Below, piece after piece: positions 13,421 to 26,181 of a DNA stretch of 64,000 nt. Both the position numbers and the translations under genes were made by a program. Within the stretch, counting starts at the first letter, position 1; every line of letters begins with the position of its first letter. The notes below the pieces were generated by a model, which ran no database searches, was not told the origin of the DNA, and worked only from the letters and a program-made list of their open reading frames with translations. The stretch comes from Neodothiora populina (Eukaryota): assembly GCF_041146345.1 (NCBI RefSeq), contig NW_027191404.1, positions 1,922,001 through 1,986,000 of the forward strand. Reading direction: 5' to 3'.

Positions 13421-13730
13421 CTTTAGACCAAGGTCCTGGGCAGAAACAACCCTCCTATATCGACTTCTATGTGAGATGGATGATGGCTATCACCTGTGTA
13501 GGGGATATCGAGAGACGAGCGAGATGAAGAGGTTAGTGCTTTCAAATTTTTTGAAGCTGGCACTTTTGGGTAGTCACAACAATTGCGGCGCACTTAGGAT
13601 GAATGTATCTTGCTGACATTGAACGAGCAAGATCATTGTTTCCGAGACTGCATTCCCGAAGCAGATTACCATGTGCATCAGGAATGATAAATCTTATGAG
13701 CGTGAATTTATCGTGCGATTACATTCCTTA

Positions 13731-14923
13731 TCACAATTTCTGGCGTATTTTCGTGCTGTCCATACGCCTCCCTTCGTCGAGTTGCTCTGTAACCGTCAAA
13801 TCCGGCAACACGGCGGGCATGATGCGCCTTGGGGATGTCCCAGGAACGAGCGAGTAGTGTGAGAAATCTTCGACACCGCAGCAACGTCGAAGGTAGTCCT
13901 CGTCCAATTCTAGATTGCCATTCAAAGATCGGGCGGGGGCTCTTAACATAGCAAGGACGGCATCCGAGAATATTGTCTGACATCCATTAGTCTCCGCCAT
14001 GTCTATAGGCCGTACAATTCTGACACTCACAGGCTTTCGTAGCTCTTCTTTGATTGCAGAATCTTTTGTTGCCGCCGAGTCAATCGCCTAGTAGCGTTTA
14101 GCCTCATATCCACAAGACCTTGTCTGCAAGGGACATACCACGACTGGCCAGATTGAAGTTATGGCCATATCAGTCCTCCCTTGCCTTTCAAAATCCATAG
14201 CCAGACCCTTGGTAAGGACAGACCTATCCGCCGTTAGTCCAATCCGAAGACAGGCAGCATTGATCCGGTCTCTAACATTGCAATTTTCCCCATGGCATAT
14301 GCAGTCTTGCCTCGAAAGAATCGAGAATAAATTGGCGGGCTCACAACGATGATTCGGCCTTTCCAATCGTTGAGCTGAAATTGAGGCAAGCAAGCTTGAA
14401 CCGTTGCATAAAGTCCTTCTGGGTTGACGCGTTGCATCAATTGGAATCGCTTCGTGTCAGTCTTCTCAACCTCTGCCCACCAGATGGCCCCAGAGTTGTA
14501 AACAAGAACATCGAGCCTACCGTAGACCTAGTTTTGTTCGTCAAATCAGGAAAGTCGTGTCCCGACCACGTGTGCGGCTCACCTCGATCACTTTATCGAC
14601 CATCCTACGAACATCCTCCACATTTCGAACGTCCACCTGGATCGCAATCGCGCGGCCACTAGCCTCGTTGATTTCACGCGCGACGGTACTTACGGTTGAT
14701 TGGGCAGAGTTAGGATCTGGAGGAAAAGGATGTGTTTGATATGCCTCTGAAATGCTCTTCGCAGCCACAGCAACTAGGGGAAAGGTTGGCTTTCTGCGTC
14801 CATGATCGTGACATATCTGAGTATACACTGACCATGATACCCATTTTGCCCCAGGTCTAGAGCTATCTGACGACCTATACCCCGTGATGCACCAACGACA
14901 AGCGCCACTTGTGACAAAGCCAT
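13731..14923 (-). CDS. Short-chain dehydrogenase/reductase, HSDL2-like (multi-exon)
   Basis: MALSQVALVVGASRGIGRQIALDL (GxxxGxG Rossmann motif), AIQVDVR, VVSPPIYSRFFRGKTAYAMGK (YxxxK), and C-terminal LDEDYLR...RRIMPAVLPDLTV. Confidence 0.88.
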
Positions 14924-15494
14924 ACTTTCGATTTTATGGTGTTAAGTTAAGTGATGTCCAGCAGTGTGACTTAAGTGCAAGCTGCGCGTAGTTGACATAG
15001 AGTGTTCACGAGGGCGTAATATATGATAGTCCAGAGACCGCGGTCCAGGAACGATCACTAAATACGAGTGTTCGCTGTGTACATGTACACATGTGTAAGG
15101 TAGCTTAGAATGTTAAAGAGCTAAGGTACATGAGGTACTGTAAGCTGCCCGAGGCTTGCCCCACAATCTGTAGCTCCGTGCTACAACACTATACGATCAT
15201 CGGTTGCACGCGGAAGACAAACCTATCCTGTTTTTGAAACGGAGGTGCATAGGAAATTCAAAAGTGAGGGAGCGTATAAACGTAGTGCGTTCCTGAGGTC
15301 TCGAGCAGCTCAATATGTGATCATGACCAGTATATACTTTTCAGACACTCAAATCATTATACGCTGAACATGAATTTTCGTAGATTTATCCATCAAGGTG
15401 GCAGTGAGCGCGCCACTCAGAGCTTCTCTTTAGCCAGCCTGGCTCTGTCATTATTAGACTCACTTTCATCTGCCTCCCAAGAGCGACGGCACAC

Positions 15495-16529
15495 TCACGC
15501 CAACAGGTACTTGGCAGCATGGTCAACATGGTCATCTGCGAAAGTCGAGATGAAGAAGTAGCTGTGATCATAGTCTGGTTGCAGACGAAGCTTGAGGCCG
15601 TCTTCGAAACCGGCTTCCTTTGCGGCTTTGGCAAGGTTCTCTGGGAGGAGCTGACCTTGTTTGTAGAAGTTGTCTCCAGTGCCCTACAATAGTGTTATTA
15701 TGACAGCGAAGAATGTCAAAAGATAGTCAAATACATACCACATCAACGAGGATATCTAGAGGACCCTTCCATTGCTTGATAAGTTCAGTTGCGTCGTGCT
15801 CCTTCCACTTTGCTTGCTGATCCTCTCCGAAGTAACCAGAGAAGGCTTTCTTTCCCCAGTCGCAGTTCACAGGGTTCGAGATAGGAGCGAATGCTGAGAC
15901 AGACTTGTACATTCCAGGGTTCTTAAGGAACTGTCGAGAAACACAAATTAGTCCAGCATCTTATCAATCTTTTTCGGATTCGACTTACAAGGGTCAAGGC
16001 ACCGTGTCCACCCATGCTATGTCCTGTAATGCTCACGCGGCTGGAGTCCAATTGGCTGAAAGAGGAGAAGAGGACCTTGGGTAGCTCCTCTGTGATGTAT
16101 GTGTACATCTTGTAGCCTTTGTTGTATGGCTCCTTCGTCGCATCTACGTAAAAGCCTGCGCCTGAACCGAAGTCATATGCATCGTCCTCGCCCTGAATAC
16201 CCAGTCCTCCTGTAGTAAAAATCAGAAATGGTGTTTCACATGTAGAGTCAGGTTAGGTCAATCTTACTCGGGCTGGTGTCTGGGTAAACAACAGCTATTC
16301 CTTTCTGGCTTGCGCGGTTTTGGAAAAAACCCTTCTCGGCACAGTTGTCTCCCGTGCAAGTCAATCCAGAGAGGTAGAACAAGACAGGTACCTTCTTTCC
16401 ACTCTCGAAAGCCTGAGGAGGAAGATAGAGGTTGAACTTCATTTCACAACTAGTGGATGCTGCCTTGTGTGCAAGCTTCAATAGCTTACCGCCAAAGGAA
16501 GCGATAGTTGCTGTGGTCTCGACAGACAT
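15495..16529 (-). CDS. ESD: S-formylglutathione hydrolase (esterase D), multi-exon
   Basis: [40 protein letters not shown] (GxSxG nucleophile elbow), [11 protein letters not shown], and C-terminal DHSYFF...HVDHAAKYL. Confidence 0.95.
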
Positions 16530-17320
16530 GATGAGACGATTTCCGGTGCTGTTTTGATGAAGAGGGTGTGAGGACAGGAAAATGTAGAAGAGAGGGTTTC
16601 AAAGGACAGAGCAAGATATTATCGTACAGCGAAGATGTTCACCTTAGGAATGGCGATTAATAAATCATCTAATCGCATCACTGCCCCGCAGCTCGATTGG
16701 AGGGGCTTGCGCGCATCTTTCGGACGTCGTTCGGGTTTGCCTCTACTGCTGGAAAGATTTGCCCAATAGAGAGGTTACGAAGCTGTCACCCGCACCTACA
16801 CCTCCAGGTGCGACTTCCAACTACGTAATACCTCGCTCGATACCCGGCTCCGCCAAGTACCTATGAAGGCTTGGGATACCGATTTATGCAAGCATAACTA
16901 CTGTATATACAGTATAATTTAATGCCTGAAGTCATGCCCAAGGCAGCTTGATGCCTTGTTGCCTGGTTTTGACCTCAGGCATACGGGTGCCTTAGGCGCC
17001 AGTAAGGCGGTACGGAATAATACTGGCTTGCCGCAACCACCACGCAGTACGTTACAGTGATTGCAGATTATCACCACTTCAACAGCTCAGTAGTGAAATA
17101 CGTCTGACGTTTGCAAGTGTGACCGTACGGCCAGGGTCAGAGTACGAATTCATGATGGAATCGACTTGATTTCAAGGGGTGTCACTCTAGAGGCCATCCA
17201 ATCTAGCTCTCCCTGCCAACGCCGTCTTCCTGCCTATTTTTTGTATTTGATCGCTTGAACGCAGCACAATTAAAACAACCGGAACCAAGATGCATATGAA
17301 AATGAAGATGATGCTTTTTT

Positions 17321-18040
17321 TTACAGTAGCTCCTCACACGTCCAGTCCTCATACCTGTCGGCGAACATTAGTTGTTGCTAAAGCATGTGATCGAAACGGG
17401 TGCATAGACTGACCATCCGTCAGGTAGATATCTGCGAACAACAAGAGGAATCTTCTTCTCTCGTAGCTCCTTGATGGCGATCTGTAGGGGATCCGTCTCG
17501 CCCTCGACGTCAACAAGCACTGGAGCGTTCATGCTGTCGAAGGGTCAGTATGCCGTGATAACCAATATGACACGCAATTGACAGTAACCGTCAAACAGAC
17601 GACTGCCTCCTCTTCTTGCTATTTTGATCTGACGAGGGTGTGGCCGTACCTGATTTGAAGCGCACGTGTACCCAGGACGCGAGCGCGTTCGTACTTGGTC
17701 ATATAGGGGGTGGTGGTGCGCTTTTCTGTAGGGATACGCTTCTCCTTCAAGCCTTTCACGCCTGTAGCAGCCTTCGCAGCGCTGGTTGGATCTCCCGATG
17801 CTACGATGTTTCCGTGGGCGAGTTGATCAGGGTCTTCTGTGCCTCCGGCCTCGCCAGCCTGTTCGTCGGTTTCAATGAGGTCCTCTGGGTTTTCGTAGTC
17901 TTCCTCTTCAAGCATGTTATCGGCATACTCCCTAAAAGCAGTCATGTCAGCAGACATGCGATTGACAGGGTTGCGCGAAGGTTTTTAACATACTCTCCTG
18001 CGCCGAAATCGCCTGCGCCATCGTCGCCGTAGTCATCCAT
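17321..18040 (-). CDS. RPB6: RNA polymerase I/II/III common subunit Rpb6 (RPABC2), multi-exon
   Basis: Acidic N-terminus MDDYGDD, then [60 protein letters not shown] and EDWTCEELL. Confidence 0.97.
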
Positions 18041-18480
18041 TGTATAGTTTTGCCGCTTGGTATCTGGTAGCAAAGGTGTTCGACGTCCGCCTGTTTTTCC
18101 CGCTGCAAAATCGATGGTATGGGCGATATATGGATGGATGGTGCAACTGTTCTAGATGGACAAATAAATCAACACTCGATTTGCTGCAGGCGCGCAAAAG
18201 CTTGACCACAGATGCACCTTTCACATGACTCGTCAGATTCTTGAGTTTGGAGAAGCGGAACAACGGAAAATCGGCGACAGGAACTCCGAAGGCGGTGAGC
18301 GGCCCGTCTCTGGGCACGGACTAGAAAATGTCTGGTTTTCCGGGGAAATCAATGTGATCATCCAGAAGGCAATCACAATAAATATTGTTTGCTCTTCTAC
18401 TATCAATTTTCTTTCACGTATTGGTCTGTTACACGATCGCATGTGCATCAAGTTGTGCGTATGGTCGTTGATATCACATC

Positions 18481-20136
18481 ATGATGGCTGTATTTGGAAG
18501 ATCCAAAAGGAAAGCCACATGCTCCGGTGGTTCCCTGCCCTCGAAGAGATCTAGGGTTGATGGCAACTATGAGATAGAAGGTCAGTCAACGATGGGATGT
18601 TCATATTGATGAGTTAGGAGTCTGACCAAAGCAGGAGATAGCAGTTATGGCTTACCATCTGGGTCTGGTTCGCCATCTGACGGGGAGCATTCGGACATGG
18701 AAGCTGAAGTTGACCATGGCAACCTCATGACCGCTCGTTCAACTCCTCGCACTTCGACACAGCCATCGACCCCTCCTACTACCACGTCTGCCGGTCGTTC
18801 ACGAGAGAAGAGGTATGTATGTGAGTTTCCCGACTGTGGGAAAGCATACACACGTCCGGTGCGGTTGGCAGAGCACCAACGGTCCCATACGAATGAACGT
18901 CCTTTTGTTTGTACGCATGAGGGCTGTGACAAGTCCTTCCTGCGAGAAAGCCATCTCAAGCACCACATAAAAGCGAAGCACGACGATGTGCGAGACTATC
19001 TCTGCGATCACCTCGGCTGCGACAAGGCCTTCCATACGGGCACACGCCTCAGAGAACACAAAAAGATACATGACAAGGTCAAGCAGGAGTTCAAATGCCA
19101 AAGCTTTCCTCCGTGTGATCAAGAATTTCGGAAACAAGAGACTCTTGATCGTCATATACAGCTCGTCCATCTCAACGAGAAGCCTTTCGTTTGCGATTAT
19201 CTTATGCCAGAGACCGGCATGTCTTGTGGTGCTCGATTCAAGACCTCAACCCATCTAATCGGTCACAAAGATCGTGAGCATAGTGGCAAACGGTTCTGGT
19301 GCAAGATATGCTCTCCCGAAATGGCAGAACTGGATCCTCGCCTGAACCCTGATGTTTTCGAGACGGCCGTGGGCTTTCCCACCTATACAGAGATGCAGCA
19401 ACATGTCAAACTTGCACATCCTCCCACTTGTGACCAATGTGGTCACGTTTGCGCATCGAATCGAGACCTCAAGGCCCACATCGATATCCAGCATGGTGCG
19501 CTGGACAGTCGTCGGACGTTCATGTGCGATCATCCCGATTGTGGAAGAGGATTCACCAAGAAGGGTAATCTGGACGTTCACAAACGCAATGTCCACGCCA
19601 AGCAGAAGCAATTCGTTTGTGGAGCATTCGAGATCAAGCCTTGCACGCGTGTCCCTTATTGGGACGGTCGTGGTGCTTGCGGACGCGCTTGTGGTACGAA
19701 AGCGAGTCTCGAGGAGCATGTGCGCACTCAACACCTGCACTTACCACGTTCTACGAGGAAATCCAAGAACGTCAAGACAGAATCGATGGATTATGCAGGC
19801 TTTTCTATGGAGCCTCCCCAGGCTGCACAGAGCAATGCGCTTGCAATGTTGACGGGTATTGGGTACGACAGCAGACGATCTATCGCTTGTGTCGAGGCCC
19901 AATGTCCTTACCGAATGCAAAGATATTACGATCTCGAGGTCCATCTTAAGGCTGCTCATGGCTACTCGGCCACCGAAGCAATTGATATCGTGAAAGAACA
20001 AGAGGCTCTTTCGGGGGGCGACTTTTGGGTTGGTGGTGATCCCACCGACCTTGCTGACGCAGAGCTTGCACAGCGGCTACAAGCGCTTGACCCTGCCGAT
20101 ACTTTGCAAGACTCTTGGATGGTGGACGACTACTGA
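18481..20136 (+). CDS. PZF1: Transcription factor IIIA-like multi-C2H2 zinc-finger protein (intron 18581-18634)
   Basis: About 10 C2H2 fingers, beginning YVCEFPDCGKAYTRPVRLAEHQRSHTNERPFVC and CDKSFLRESHLKHH, with the last finger separated by a spacer. Divergent from RPB6 as in S. cerevisiae. An upstream exon splices in frame (GTCAGT...CTGAC...CAG). Confidence 0.85.
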
Positions 20137-21950
20137 GAGTCGAGCCAAGCAAAGCCTGCACGGGATGGTCAAGCAACAAGCATTCATGCTCCACCTGAGC
20201 GCATTATCGCTGGATGCATGTACGGTTTCTACACCGCAACTCCTTGCTATTGCATTTGTTTATTCCGCGTGTTTTGTTCCTGTTTTGCAAGTAGAGATAC
20301 CCATACGCCCCGATACAGCAAGTCAAATTTAGTCACGCAATTGATGTAATGATACTCACATCGACCCACGGCATCTTGCATATTGTGCACGGTACGACCA
20401 CGTGGATGCGGTACTTTTCACATGCAAGTAGAATGTTTGCTACCAGTTTCTTCTCGCTGCCGGCTGTGGCTTTTATCGATTCGCGGCTCCGATTGAGCTT
20501 ATGCCTCCCAAGGGAAGGAAACTTTCCCCTGCGAGCAAGGGGTACTTTTCTACCTTCTGCTTGTCACAACACTCGCATTGGCTTGAGCAACGTCTTTGTG
20601 CTAGTCGAGAAACTTGTGCAACGATTACTGTTGCCAGCGCCGCAGCTTGCTATCGATCGAGTCTAGCGAACAGAAGCTCTGGGGCTTTGCTGAGTATACT
20701 GTAAATAGAGCAGCGGATCCCAGTGGAAAGGCTAAAACACCTGCCAATGTACCTCAACCACAAAACCAAGAAGGGTCAAATCTTGAGGTGTTCAACTCAC
20801 ATTCCTTCGGCTTCGAGTCTGATTTGTATCGCAGATGCTATACAAGCACGTCTGTGGAGTCATTATGGGACACATGAAACACAAGCGACAATAGTTGAGT
20901 GCATCTTTCGGGAATTGCTGCAATATATCGTACTGTCTCCATGACCATTCGATACAATACTTGTAGTGGTCCATGATCACCATGATCCTTATTGTGTCTA
21001 CTATAGCCTTGGCGTTCAGGGAGGGACTCGACGATTTGCCGGTCTGTGCACCTGATAGATGCAATCGGCGAAAAGCTAAATTCGGTAGACGCTGGCCTTG
21101 TCAAGTAGAAGCAAGAACGCTTTCGGTAAGCGATGTCTGGCTTTACAGCTTCACAACACCAGAACCCAAGACATGAGTCGAGCTTACTGCAAGGTGTGCT
21201 AGTTACTCTCTTCCCGTGTCTGTATCTGGGCTTACACACCCACTTCTGCTGTTTCATGCCGTGAAGCACGGTCATTGCTTTGCCCACGACTTGACTTGTC
21301 CAATTTTCCAGCCCGTCGTGTCTCACCACGTGCACGCCTAGAACACCAGCAACGAAGAAGGACGGCTCGCGGGCACCATAGTTCACGCCCTTTCTCTCTG
21401 CGCCCAGAGATGCCGCGCATGATGGAGGGGAAATAAACGGGCAAAGAAAGAATGCGGGTATGCAGCCATGGTGTCGCACTAACAGACGGAGTGCAGGAAG
21501 GCTATTGCCTCTAGACTTGTTTAATTTCCGTAAGCTCAACTTTACGGCCAATATTCGAGCAAGGTAAAATCTTCTTGGGATCACAAAGGGTACCTCTTAT
21601 ATCTTTGAATACTATGAGTAGTGCAATGGTGCGAGAGGTTAAGGGACCTGATTCCCGTCATTCGGACTGTCTGTTGGGGAAAGGTCTGCCTATTGTTCTT
21701 CTCTTACCTTCGCTTTCACTTTTTACCTGGATAATTGTTTCTATTTCGCGTGGCTTCACTCCAGAGGGATAAGACTGTATCCTCAAGTGCCAGGACAAAT
21801 TCCCCGCTGTCAAAACCGCGGTGATCATCTGATTTACGTCTCGGACTGGCCACTGTCAGAAGATCTGCTACTCTGTTCGCCATCCATAAGGCGATCGATG
21901 GTTGTAGCATGTTGAGATCCTATCCAGAGAGCTCTTCATAAATCGCCTAA

Positions 21951-23385
21951 ATGGTAGATCACCCACTAGACCCAAAGGCTGGACTCGTTTCAGAATGCCA
22001 CATGGGCCTTAGTTTCACCTCATATGAAGCGGCGTCTTCACGTTTCATCGATACACCTGCACCGTCATCGCCGACGACTTACTGGAAATGTGTATTCCGG
22101 AAAAAGCAGCGAGTGTTTCGCTCGGCGCTGTCGCTGCTTGACAGTCTGGGCTGGCGGGTGATGCTGTTTGCTTATTTTTTCTTCCTGCTTTCCTGCGGCC
22201 CCTGTACCGCCGCGGCCATACGTTTAGGCGAGGAAGACACGATGAGTGTTGGCTACAATGAGATCGTGTTCGATACCAGACCGGCACCATTACTATGTGG
22301 GCGAATGGTCAAACGAGAAGCTGCAGCATCTCCTGCTGATGGGGTCTCCACTTCTACTACTTCTTCACAAGCTCCAGAACTACCCACTCCTTTTGATTCG
22401 GGGATTGGCAACAACTTCACTCGAACGAGCTGCCCGGCTTTTCTTAACAAGTTTCTCTCTGATAGTACAATCAATGACTGTGTTCCTCTTTCACTGCTTC
22501 TTCAGGTACGATCTCAGCGAGACTCAACTATTTTTGTTTCTGTCCCTTTTCTCAGATGCTTGTTGCTGACACTGCATACACGTAAAGACATCTTCTTCAT
22601 TTTTTGCTGTTGAGCAGTCTCCCGTACGGTTGTCTCAGACGCTGGAAGCAACATGCAACGTGAACTTCACCAGTTGCAGCAATGTTATGGCGTCTCTGGC
22701 CAGACAGATCCAGACGACTGATTACTGTGGCGACGATCTTCGCGCGCAGAATCCTGTCGTCATGCAGGCATATAGCGGTCTGGTGGCCTACCAATCCATG
22801 TATCGCGCCGGGTGTCTTCGGGACAGTGACACGGGCTCTTATTGTATGTCCATGCTGTTTACGAACCCATCAGAAATGAGAACCCTGCTGACATGCTTGG
22901 CAGGCTTCTCAGACGCAGTGACAAACGCGTCTTCCCCGACCTCAGCTTACACGTACTACCTCCCGCTGGGCCTGCCTTTACCGAGCACGGCGCAACCGAC
23001 ATGCTCGCAGTGTCTCGAGGACACAATGACCATCTTCGCCGAGTCGGCAGCCAACAAATCGCAGCCCATCTCGAAGATCTACTCAGACGCGGCGGCAATG
23101 ATCAATGTCGGCTGCGGTCAGGACTTTGTCAACGCCAGCGTCGTGTCGTTGGCATCTTCATCGTCTTCTTCTTCTTCTTCTTCTTCTTCTTCTTCTTCTT
23201 CTTCTTCTTCTTCTTCTTCTTCTTCTTCTTCTTCTTCTTCTTCTTCGTCGTCGTCGTCGTCGTCGTCGTCGTCTGGTACCACTTCAGCCGCGAGTCGGTT
23301 GTCATTCTCTCCTGCTTTGTCGTCTGACTGTGGTCTGGTCGGCATGTTGGCGCTGATGGCGGCTTTGGCGGTAGCGATATTCTGA
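21951..23385 (+). CDS. Conserved fungal Cys-rich extracellular protein with poly-Ser stalk and hydrophobic C-terminus (probable GPI anchor); 2 introns (first 22506-22587); start uncertain
   Basis: Hydrophobic segment MLFAYFFFLLSCGPCTAA, then LPTPFDSGIGNNFTRTSCPAFLNKFL..CVPLSLLLQ|TSSSFF, YTYYLPLGLPLP..CSQCLEDTM and INVGCGQDFVN, followed by 40 Ser and the hydrophobic tail LVGMLALMAALAVAIF. Confidence 0.8.
23155..23274 (+). repeat. Compound (TCT)n(TCG)n trinucleotide microsatellite encoding 40 consecutive Ser
   Basis: Directly visible 120-nt repeat tract inside the CDS. Confidence 0.95.
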
Positions 23386-23801
23386 GATTTCGACTCTGTT
23401 TCTTCGGTCTTCTCGCATCCCCTACGCTCTCTTAATCTTTTTTTTTACAGGTCTGATACTTCACATGATGGGTCTTAGCGATGGCGCTGGAAGCGTCCTT
23501 TGTGTATTTCTCCTTTCTGGATTTTCTGCTTTTCATTTTATGTCTTTCGATAATGTGTGACGGAACGGGGGGCTACTTGAGCCCATACAACAATTTGACT
23601 ATTCTTCTTCGATGCATCTGTTTCGGTCATGGGAAGAGGGGAGGCTCATGGCTTGGCTGGGCTGCTGGGAGCAGAAGCACAGAATGAAAGCAAGTAGAAG
23701 AAACGATCGGAAGGATATAGAAGAAGATACAACAAGAGATGGTGAAAGATACCTATAAGGACATGTGGTCGATGGAATTCAAAGTGAGCAATATACTCTA
23801 C

Positions 23802-23826
23802 ATATATATATATATATATATATATA
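23802..23826. repeat. (AT)n microsatellite between convergent 3' ends
   Basis: Run of atatatat... visible in the sequence. Confidence 0.9.
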
Positions 23827-23854
23827 CACAATACATACAGCTGTGTTTTTCCTT

Positions 23855-25100
23855 TTAGTTTTGTACAAACATTCTCTTGAGGAGATTGGCAGGCTTGGAG
23901 TCCAATTTGATCAATTGATCAAGAACTGTGTTTGTAAGTCAGCAAAAAGAACAACGAAGTGATCGATAAAAAGGAAAGAAAGAAAAACCGACCTCGGCCA
24001 TTATCAAGCGTCTGACAATCCCTCAGATCCAGCTTGAGATTCGCAAACCCAGCCCTTACATAGGCAAAGCGCTGCACGCGGGCGAACATCTTGAGATACG
24101 ACGACCAGACAGCCGCAAGCCAAGAGAAATGCTCGGTGAGCCCGCCGGCATTGAGATTCTTCTTCAGCGCGAGCCTGCTCATCTCATGGGCAAACAGACG
24201 ATCCGAGTGGACGTCCGACAGCTTGACCTCGAAGGGCTTCGGCCACCCGATCAGCGGCAGGGCGGCGGGCTCGAAGCGCAGCGTGGGCTTGGGCGCGTTG
24301 ACTGCGTGGGTGGAGGATTTGGCCGGGATGGCGATGACGCGCTTGACGAGCCCCGAGGGCCCGAGAGCAAAGTACGATGCCACGGCGACCCAGAGCAGAC
24401 AGTTCACTATGCCGACGCCCGCGAGGGTCACGTTGCCTTGTTCGATGCTGGGCGCGTAGTTGTTCCACGTCACGTATGCGACCCAGCTGATGAAGAGGGT
24501 CGAGGTGAGACACACGACTACGAAGGTCGTCTGCGAGGGTGCGGTGTAGATCACTGTCGGCGTCTTGCTCTGCGCTAATTTGTCGATTATGGCTTGGTAG
24601 GGGGTTTTCTCTCGTTGGTAGTAGGGTGCTGGGAGGGCGTTTGCGGCCAGGGCGGCGCTGCGGGTGGATTGCAGGGTTGATGTCGGTGAGTCGGACATGC
24701 GCAGTAGGAAGCCGGCGGCGATCTGCTGGGGCGTGAGTTGTCGCTGGTCTGGTGCTGTTGTTGTTGTTGTTGCTGCTGCCGCGGCTGTCGAGGAGGTCTG
24801 CTGTACTTGGAGCGGATAGTCGAGCTTCTTGGAGGGATGCGTTGTTCTGGGTTGCGCGTTCGGAGGAGATGTGGCCGGGGATGAGGACGACGATGGCTTG
24901 TATGTCGCCGCTCTGGGTTTCCGACTCGCTGCTATGGGAGTGGAGTGGAAGAGGCGTGCGGATGCTCGACTGGCGCGGATGGCATCTGCGAACCGAGAGG
25001 GACGCAAGGTCGGACATTGTCGCGCAGAGAGAGGCAGTTGTAACAGTATGGGTGGACAAGGCTGACAGGACATGTGAGCCCGGGTGAATAGTGAGGCCAT
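23855..25100 (-). CDS. Hypothetical membrane protein with two TM helices and a mitochondrial-presequence-like N-terminus (one intron near the 3' end)
   Basis: MASLFTRAH...RLFHSTP Arg/Ser-rich N-terminus; hydrophobic FVVVCLTSTLFISWVAYV and VGIVNCLLWVAVASYFAL; last exon LDQLIKLDSKPANLLKRMFVQN* after a GT...CAG intron. Confidence 0.7.
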
Positions 25101-25448
25101 GCTGGTTTTCTGGTGCTGTATTTTGCGACCCTGTCCGTGGAGGAACGAAAGAACCAAGTAATTAATTGAAGCTGTATAGATGCGCCAAGACGTCGAATCA
25201 GATGTAAGAAGGACCGTGCGTCGGTGCTGCTGCATTGTTGATCTTCGCAAACACCAGCAGCCACAAGGCAAGCAACCCCCTGCCTGGCTCCACTCCACGT
25301 CCATCGGTCTCATATCTATCCATTACTTGTCGCCATACTCTATCCGTCGCTCCGTCTGGTCGCCAGCGTCTTCTCGCGTTCCACTCACTGCCTCGAATCA
25401 ACAGCATTCGGGAAGAGGACGAAGCAAGCAATAAAACAACACAACAAA

Positions 25449-26181
25449 ATGGCTGCGCCCGCCCCCTCTCGCTCACCATCTCCCGTCGTCGCGCCCCCAG
25501 TCGCGTCGGCTCCAGGCCCGCGCGCTGCTGCTCTGTTGAAGCTATACTCCGAGGCCATCGCCCACACCATCAAGACCTGCAGCTACAACAACTTTGCGTC
25601 GTGCTTTCCAACTCCCGCCAAACACGCCGAGGGCCCTATGAAGATCCTCCATGCAGAGTTCACCCAGAGTCTACACGAAAGGTGCAAGGAGCAGTTTGAT
25701 GTCACCCTCCGCACCCGAAATGTTGTCGCCTCGCTAAACGATCTGGACCGCTTGGTCGATGAGGCCAGGAAGAGGAGAGCTCAGGCTCAAGCTCTCGCCG
25801 AAGCTGGACAGACATCTGCCCACCCTGTCGCGTACGTTCGGTGCTGAAAGTTGCATACATACATACGAGGTCGTTGACACTGACGTCCGCTACAGCCCTC
25901 ACACATTACCTGCCACCGCTCTTTACCAGGCCCATCTTGGCCCCTCGTTGATCCAAGAGAAGACCTCTCTCAATGCCACGATGAGCAAGCTTCAGTCTGA
26001 GAATGCAGACCTACTTGATCATGTTCTGCGACAGCGCCGCGAGATTGAAACTCTAGTCTCGACGCTCGAGTCCGTCATGGCCGATGTAGATGCGTCAAAC
26101 GCTGTTTTGTCTACCGATGACATGACTGCATGGACTGACGAAGCTGTCTCACTACACGAGCAATTGAGCAACATTGGCTGA
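25449..26181 (+). CDS. NNF1: MIND/Mis12 kinetochore complex subunit Nnf1 (intron 25832-25895)
   Basis: PGPRAAALLKLYSEAIAHTIKTCSYNNFASCFPTPA, EQFDVTLRTRNVVASLNDLDRLVDEARKR, PHTLP..LYQAHL, then a coiled coil. This is the typical Pezizomycotina Nnf1 pattern. Confidence 0.85.

Noticed and set aside
20973..21176. Short ORF with a hydrophobic N-terminus and LDDLPVCA, reminiscent of a CFEM-domain start
   Set aside because: The remaining CFEM cysteines and a convincing splice path were not found. At most a relic, and not supportable.
20838..21584. 248-aa minus-strand ORF
   Set aside because: No recognisable motif, random-like composition and a non-ATG start.
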